A DNA stretch of 64,000 bases from Thermodesulfobacteriota bacterium (GTDB lineage Bacteria > Desulfobacterota > Desulfobacteria > Desulfobacterales > SURF-7), in NCBI GenBank assembly GCA_049320885.1, contig JBMORA010000022.1, positions 1 through 64,000 of the forward strand, in the 5' to 3' direction. The notes under the pieces were generated by a model. It had not been told where the DNA came from. It saw nothing but the letters and a program-made list of their open reading frames with translations, and did no database searches. This document shows positions 58,663 to 64,000 of this stretch, one piece after another. Both the position numbers and the translations under genes were made by a program. Within the stretch, counting starts at the first letter, position 1. Each line of letters begins with the position of its first letter.

Positions 58663-60354
58663 TTATCCCTGGGGGTCGGGGCGGCGTGATCGCATCCGTC
58701 TGTTGTCCAGGCGGATGACGGTGTCCGGTTCGGAAAGGGGTTCATCCCTTCGTTGCATGGCATTTCGAACCGACATGAAATCGTTTTCGTGCAGCAGAAA
58801 GGCGTCCACGACATCCGGATCGAAATGCCGTCCGCGTTCGGCCAGCAATATTTCCTTGGCCTTTTGGTGGGTATAGGCTTTTTTGTAGATGCGGTCGGAA
58901 GTCAACGCGTCATACACATCGGCGAGAGCCACCAGCCGGGCCGAGAGGGGGATTTCCTCGCCCTTGAGGCCTTTCGGGTATCCGCTGCCGTCCCATTTTT
59001 CATGATGGTGATAGGAAATTTCTTTGCCGATGGTCAGAAAGGATTGGCCTTCTATCTGGGCCTCGGCGGCTTTCAGCGCATCTCCTCCCAGGGTGGTGTG
59101 TTGTTTGACGATTTCGAATTCTTTTTGGGTCAGTCTTTCCGGTTTGAGGAGAATGGCGTCCGGTATGCCAACTTTGCCGATGTCATGCAGAATGGAAGAT
59201 ATGTATAGATCTTCAATATATTCAGGGGTGATATAGTTCCGGTATTTTTCATTCCGGGACAGGGCCGTTGCAATGATGCGGGCGTATTCGCGGATTCTTT
59301 CCAGGTGGGTTCCGGTATTCTGATCCCGGTACTCGGCCAGTTTGGCCAGGCCGAGAATGGTCACCGCCCGCGCGTTTTGAAGGCTGCGATAGGATTCCAA
59401 CAGATCTCTTTCCAGTTTTTTCCGTTCCGTGATATCCCGGATTACCATCTGGTAGCCCAGTATTTTTTCGTCTTTTTGAATACATTTGGCGTTGCATTCA
59501 ACCTCCGCCAGGTTTTTGTCTTTTTTGATCACGCGGAACTGCAGATCCTTGACATCCTCTTTTTGGGAAAATCGCGCGGCGATATGCCGCCGGATGCGGG
59601 GCCAGTCTTCCGGATGCACGAATCGTTTGCTGCTGACGGAAAGGGTGGCATTTTCGTTGATTCCGGCCTCTTTGAAAAAGAGGGGATTGGCCATCTGGAT
59701 TTTGCCCCGCCCGTCCACCAGCAGGACAATATCCATCATGTTTTCATAAAGCTCTCGATATCTCAGGAGCGACTCTTCGAGTTGTTTGTTGGTGAAGTCG
59801 ATCTGGCTTCGCAAGCGGCTGATATGACCTCCGAGCAGGGAAAACCAGGCGAGAATGGCGGCAAGGAGGATCCATTGCAGCCATTCGATGCGCACGTCGA
59901 TAATGTCCGGGTGATGCCGGATCAACAGGGACAGGACGGCGGCGTATCCGACCACGGCATAGACCGACAAGATGATGAATTGGCGCTCCTTGAGCCGGAA
60001 GATGCCGAAAATGAATACAACCAGATACAGGGAAAGGACGAGGCCGCGGGCATGGTCCGTGAAATAGATCGCCACCGTGAGCCAGGAAACAGCCACGGCC
60101 GTTTGGGGCAATGTCAGGCTGGGCTCCTTGAACCGGCGATTCAAACCGGTTCGGAAGAGGGCATAGAACAGGCAGTTGGTAAGGAAAATGCCGGCCATGA
60201 AAAGCAACAGGGGTTTCAGTGTCATCCGAAAGCTGTCATGCCAATACAGATAGGCAATCAGCGCGATGACGAGCAGGTAGGAGGCGGAAGCCATGAGGAA
60301 TCGGCGGATCCGGATGGCTTGTTGCGGATGGTGTTTCGGTATGATGCTGAACAT
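58663..60354 (-). CDS. Membrane sensor-PAS-HD-GYP c-di-GMP phosphodiesterase
   Basis: About six TM segments, PAS (FVHPED, RDITERK), LHDIGK, HHEKWDGSGYP, ADVYDAL; start set to MFSIIP at 60354. Confidence 0.9.
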   Translation of the reverse strand: MFSIIPKHHPQQAIRIRRFLMASASYLLVIALIAYLYWHDSFRMTLKPLLLFMAGIFLTNCLFYALFRTGLNRRFKEPSLTLPQTAVAVSWLTVAIYFTDHARGLVLSLYLVVFIFGIFRLKERQFIILSVYAVVGYAAVLSLLIRHHPDIIDVRIEWLQWILLAAILAWFSLLGGHISRLRSQIDFTNKQLEESLLRYRELYENMMDIVLLVDGRGKIQMANPLFFKEAGINENATLSVSSKRFVHPEDWPRIRRHIAARFSQKEDVKDLQFRVIKKDKNLAEVECNAKCIQKDEKILGYQMVIRDITERKKLERDLLESYRSLQNARAVTILGLAKLAEYRDQNTGTHLERIREYARIIATALSRNEKYRNYITPEYIEDLYISSILHDIGKVGIPDAILLKPERLTQKEFEIVKQHTTLGGDALKAAEAQIEGQSFLTIGKEISYHHHEKWDGSGYPKGLKGEEIPLSARLVALADVYDALTSDRIYKKAYTHQKAKEILLAERGRHFDPDVVDAFLLHENDFMSVRNAMQRRDEPLSEPDTVIRLDNRRMRSRRPDPQG

Positions 60355-60534
60355 GATAATCCCATGCTCCGGTAACACGGATGGGGTCGTCTTGAAGAAA
60401 TTTACATTGACGAACAATGTTTGCACTTGTAAATATGCGCATTCTTTTATACGTAACTCCGAAGTCAGGTCAAGAAAAAAAGGGTAAACGGTCATCTCAA
60501 GTTGTTTGGGGCGGTACAACCAACAGGTGTCGAC

Positions 60535-62493
60535 ATGCTAGCGTATTTGGATCAGGGGAAGCGGCCTCTGTATAACAGCCGGATCATCGATACATACATT
60601 AAATTGATCAAGCGCAAGTACAGCTTCATCAACATATCGGATTTGCTGGAATATGCTCAGATGGAGCCCCACGAGGTGGCAGACCAGGGCCATTGGTTCA
60701 CCCAGGAGCAGATCAATTTGTTTTATGAACGCCTGGTGAAGTTGACCGGAACGGATGGCATCGCCCGGGAAGCGGGGCGTTTCGCGGTTTCTCCGGACGC
60801 CATCGGCGCCATGCGACAGTATATCCTCGGCATGATCGGTCCTGCAAAAGCCTATGAAATGATCGGGAAGGCTTCACAGAATTTTACGCGTTCCTCAATT
60901 TACTCGTCCCGCAAGCTTGCCGCCAACAAGGTGGAAATCAGTGTGAGCCAGAACGAGGGGGTGACGGAAAGAGCCTTTCAGTGTGAGAACCGGATGGGGT
61001 TTTTCGAAGCCCTGGCCATGGCCTTCACCAATAAATGGCCACGCATCGAACATCCGGAGTGCATGTTCCGCAACGGCCGGGTATGCCGGTATGTCATTAC
61101 CTGGGACAACCCGTTTTCCGCATCCTGGCGCAGGGTGATCAATTATATAGGGGTTGTTTTTTTCGGTCTTTGTCTTGCCTCGGGCCTCCTGGTCCCGGTG
61201 GAAAAGCTCCTGGCTGTTTATCCCCTGGCGCTGATCGGGGTTTTAACCATGGCCCTTCTGGCGCTGATCGGTGAGCGGCTGGAAAAAAACGAGTTGAAAA
61301 AAAGCATCAGCAACCTGAATGATTCCACGGACAAATTGCTGGAACAGATCGATATCAACTATAACCACGCACGCCTCATCAACGAGATCGGCCAGGCGAT
61401 CAGCAAACAGACCAATATCGAGGACGTACTCGCCAATGTGATTCAGATATCCGAGAAGCGGCTCGATTATGATCGGGGGCTGATCCTGATGGCCAACAAG
61501 GAAAAAACCCTGCTGAGTTTCCGCGCCGGATTCGGATATTCGGATGAGCAGCTGGAGTTTTTGAAAAAAACCAATTTCCATCTGGACCGTCCGGAATCCA
61601 GGGGGGTCTTTGTGGTCACGTTCCGGGAGCAGAAACCGTATTTGATAAACGATATCAATGCGATCGGAAAGACCTTGTCCCTGCGCAGCCTGGCGTTCGC
61701 CAAAAAACTCGGCAGTCAGTCTTTTATCTGCTGCCCCATCATCTGCGATGGAGAGCCCCTGGGCATTTTGGCGGTGGATAACCTCAAAACCAAGAGACCG
61801 CTGGTACAGAGCGACATGAACCTGCTCATGGGCATCGCCCCCATGATCGGCATCAGTATCCGCAACGCGGAGCTGTTGGATGCGCGGGTCAAGCAGATGC
61901 GCTCCATTTTACACGTCATGGCGGCGAGCATAGACGCGCGCGATCCGATGACCGCCGGTCATTCGGAAAAGGTGACCGAATATGCCATCGGCATCTGCAA
62001 CGAGCTGGGCCTGTCGAAGGATTATACCGAGGTGGTGGGAGTGGCGGCGTCGCTGCATGATTACGGTAAGATCGGCGTACCCGACTCCCTGCTGAAAAAA
62101 CAGGGCAGACTGACGGCGGAGGAATACGAAATCATCAAGACCCATGCCGCCAAAACCAGGGAAATCCTGACCCGTATTAATTTTGAAGGAATGCTGCGTC
62201 AGGTTCCGGATATCGCCGGCTGTCATCATGAAAAGCTGGATGGTAGTGGTTATCCCAATGGACTGAAAGGCGATGAGATTCCCCTCGGTGCCCAGATCAT
62301 CGCCGTGGCGGATTTTTTCGAGGCGATTACTTCCAATCGCCATTATCGGGCGCCGATGCCCATGGAGGAGGCTTTCCGGATGCTGAGACGGGAAGCGGAT
62401 CAGCATTTACAGAGCAAGATAGTGGAGGCTTTCATCCGCTATTTTATTCGGGAGAAAAATGAAAGACGGTTGCGCCTGGTTTCTTCCTTATAG
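60535..62493 (+). CDS. V4R/H-NOX-like sensor-TM-GAF-HD-GYP phosphodiesterase
   Basis: N-terminal C..G..EHPEC...G..CRY motif, two TM segments, GAF (CCPII..GE.LGIL.VDN), LHDYGK, HHEKLDGSGYP. Confidence 0.9.
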   Translation: MLAYLDQGKRPLYNSRIIDTYIKLIKRKYSFINISDLLEYAQMEPHEVADQGHWFTQEQINLFYERLVKLTGTDGIAREAGRFAVSPDAIGAMRQYILGMIGPAKAYEMIGKASQNFTRSSIYSSRKLAANKVEISVSQNEGVTERAFQCENRMGFFEALAMAFTNKWPRIEHPECMFRNGRVCRYVITWDNPFSASWRRVINYIGVVFFGLCLASGLLVPVEKLLAVYPLALIGVLTMALLALIGERLEKNELKKSISNLNDSTDKLLEQIDINYNHARLINEIGQAISKQTNIEDVLANVIQISEKRLDYDRGLILMANKEKTLLSFRAGFGYSDEQLEFLKKTNFHLDRPESRGVFVVTFREQKPYLINDINAIGKTLSLRSLAFAKKLGSQSFICCPIICDGEPLGILAVDNLKTKRPLVQSDMNLLMGIAPMIGISIRNAELLDARVKQMRSILHVMAASIDARDPMTAGHSEKVTEYAIGICNELGLSKDYTEVVGVAASLHDYGKIGVPDSLLKKQGRLTAEEYEIIKTHAAKTREILTRINFEGMLRQVPDIAGCHHEKLDGSGYPNGLKGDEIPLGAQIIAVADFFEAITSNRHYRAPMPMEEAFRMLRREADQHLQSKIVEAFIRYFIREKNERRLRLVSSL

Positions 62494-63321
62494 TTCCTGT
62501 CCTATCAGCGGTTTGTGCAGCGGTTTTTCACCCCGGCAGGAGATGATGGGGGTGTAGGTGAATCGTCGGGGATGGTGGAAGAAATTGGTGAACTCCTCAA
62601 AAAAATCATCGTATCCGCCTTCATACTCGCTGAAGGAATAACCCGAGTATTTTCCCGCCACCTCCACTTTTTTGGTCCAATTGAAAGCGTCCACCTGATT
62701 GAGTTCTCCGAAAATCAGATGGTGGGGGGCGAGATTGACATCAATGTTGGTAAAATCCATGTCATACAGAAAAGAATACAGTTTGATGCCCACATGGGGG
62801 TCGAAATCGGCTTGTTCCTGAAGGCAATTCATAATACCCCACAGCGATCGTTTCAGGCGGTCGGACAGGCCGAAATGATTCAGGCAGTTGTAATCCAGAT
62901 CAATCAGACATAGAATCCCGCCCGGCTTCAGGATTCTGGTGATGTTCGCCACAATTTGGGCGCTGGTGGAGCGGAAATATTCCAGAAAGAACCGGACCCA
63001 AATGAAATCGAAGGTCCCAAGATCGTCCAGGGAATCGTGAATATCGCGACAGACGTATTGAATGGTTTTGTGGGCGTATTGTTCCTTGGCGGTCCGGATC
63101 CGTTCCGGGGAAATATCAATTCCCACTGCCGCACCTCCCGGCTGGGCGACCTGGTTCAGCACATAGGTCGTCTTACCGTGTCCGCAGCCGATATCCGCCA
63201 CCCGCATTCCCGGCTTGAGGCCTGCCCATCTGGCCTGGGATATGGTTGTTTGATCATCGGTTTTAATTTCCAAACGGAGGGCTTCGTCCTTATTTTCCAT
63301 CAAATACGTGGGGTGAGACAT
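62488..63321 (-). CDS. Class I SAM-dependent methyltransferase
   Basis: VADIGCG.G, GIDIS, FDFIW.RF.LEY, LKPGG; RBS GAGG. Confidence 0.9.
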   Translation of the reverse strand: MSHPTYLMENKDEALRLEIKTDDQTTISQARWAGLKPGMRVADIGCGHGKTTYVLNQVAQPGGAAVGIDISPERIRTAKEQYAHKTIQYVCRDIHDSLDDLGTFDFIWVRFFLEYFRSTSAQIVANITRILKPGGILCLIDLDYNCLNHFGLSDRLKRSLWGIMNCLQEQADFDPHVGIKLYSFLYDMDFTNIDVNLAPHHLIFGELNQVDAFNWTKKVEVAGKYSGYSFSEYEGGYDDFFEEFTNFFHHPRRFTYTPIISCRGEKPLHKPLIGQEL

Positions 63322-63590
63322 AACAATCCTCTAACCGGGTGCGACGGAGTATGGAAAACCGTGTGTGCCCGTATACCAAAGCGTTGGGTTCAAGTCAATG
63401 TTCAATTGGGAACCGGGGAAAACGGCGGATTCGTAAGGGGCATCGGTCCGGGAATTCGGTCATTTTCGGGTCTGTCGTGCCGATGTTGGCCTGTAAACAT
63501 GCCTTGACTTGTGGTTCATGGAAATGATACTCTGTACCAAATCGATTGGGCCGGTACCACCGGACATGTGAATCACAAAAGGCCAGGAAG

Positions 63591-64000
63591 ATGATACGAA
63601 TAGGTTCTCCCGCTCCAGATGGCAAAGAGATGGATCCCGCCGCCATTTTCATTGCGAAACTCCAGTTGCTGATCATCATGTCAAAGGCGTTCATGAAAGG
63701 ATTCCCCCTGGGGAAATTCCGGCGGGAGGCGATCCTGAAAAATTCAGAAGATGTTTTTTACGCCTCGCTTCAGATGGAGGGGAAGGCTTTGACGGAAAAA
63801 ACCCAGGGCTCGAAGGCAAAACCGGATACCGACGGGGGAATGGACCGGTCGCACCTGTTCCTTCAGCGGGTGCAGTTGTTATGCGCCATGACCCGGGCCA
63901 TCGCCGAGGATCGTCTGGAGGGTGAATACAAAGTCAAGGCCCTCGAGGAAAACCTGGAGCATCTGTGCAAGGCCATCACCTTCAACGGTCAGGACAGCGA
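63591..64000 (+). CDS. Hypothetical protein with an internal duplication, runs off the window end (partial)
   Basis: Open frame from ATG 63591 (or 63630) to base 64000; AGGAAG upstream; absent from the ORF track because it has no stop. Confidence 0.65.
   Translation, partial: MIRIGSPAPDGKEMDPAAIFIAKLQLLIIMSKAFMKGFPLGKFRREAILKNSEDVFYASLQMEGKALTEKTQGSKAKPDTDGGMDRSHLFLQRVQLLCAMTRAIAEDRLEGEYKVKALEENLEHLCKAITFNGQDS

Noticed and set aside
22290..60375. Many long antisense/alternate-frame ORFs (e.g. 28338-30008 +, 31348-33456 +, 40009-41787 -, 42154-44277 -, 55875-57668 +)
   Set aside because: They are shadows of well-supported genes in GC-rich DNA, with no recognisable motifs or RBS.
63395..63694. 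99-aa minus-strand ORF
   Set aside because: It overlaps the better-supported plus-strand ORF starting at 63591 and has no recognisable features.
1..64000. CRISPR array, rRNA genes, prophage genes
   Set aside because: No regularly spaced direct repeats, rRNA-like sequence or phage structural genes were recognised.

Overview
The window looks like a Desulfobacterota-type (deltaproteobacterial) chromosome segment with two parts. The left part (about 1-21.9 kb, ending at the 3' side of a tRNA-Lys/tRNA-Glu pair) is accessory. It starts with an AT-rich operon end encoding a 998-aa P-loop NTPase. Next comes an intact REP-associated-type Y1/HUH transposase (RAYT) plus three partial copies of it, interleaved with intact and decayed toxin-antitoxin modules: DUF433/DUF5615-like, PIN, HigBA, DUF6516/HTH and Phd/VapC. 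Further right are two AAA_14-DUF4143 ATPases, an AraC/transglutaminase/QueG-like operon, a Cys-rich ECF sigma module, a PP2C phosphatase interrupted by one in-frame TGA, and an MCP. The right part (about 22-64 kb) is GC-rich core genome: birA, xth, an M48 peptidase, IHF, comF, icd, rlmB, gmk, remA and yicC; a FadR-box-controlled fatty-acid oxidation cluster (TetR, acyl-CoA dehydrogenase, FadF/EMO-like, etfBA); a complete chemosensory operon (two-Hpt CheA, two CheD); two divergent HD-GYP genes; and a methyltransferase. The best candidate for an undescribed system is the RAYT-fragment/cargo array (about 3.1-7.3 kb), in which RAYT 3' ends repeatedly abut TA cargo. Second candidates are the V4R-like sensor HD-GYP plus methyltransferase locus and the possible selenocysteine PP2C. 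All product calls come from manual motif recognition; no database searches were run.
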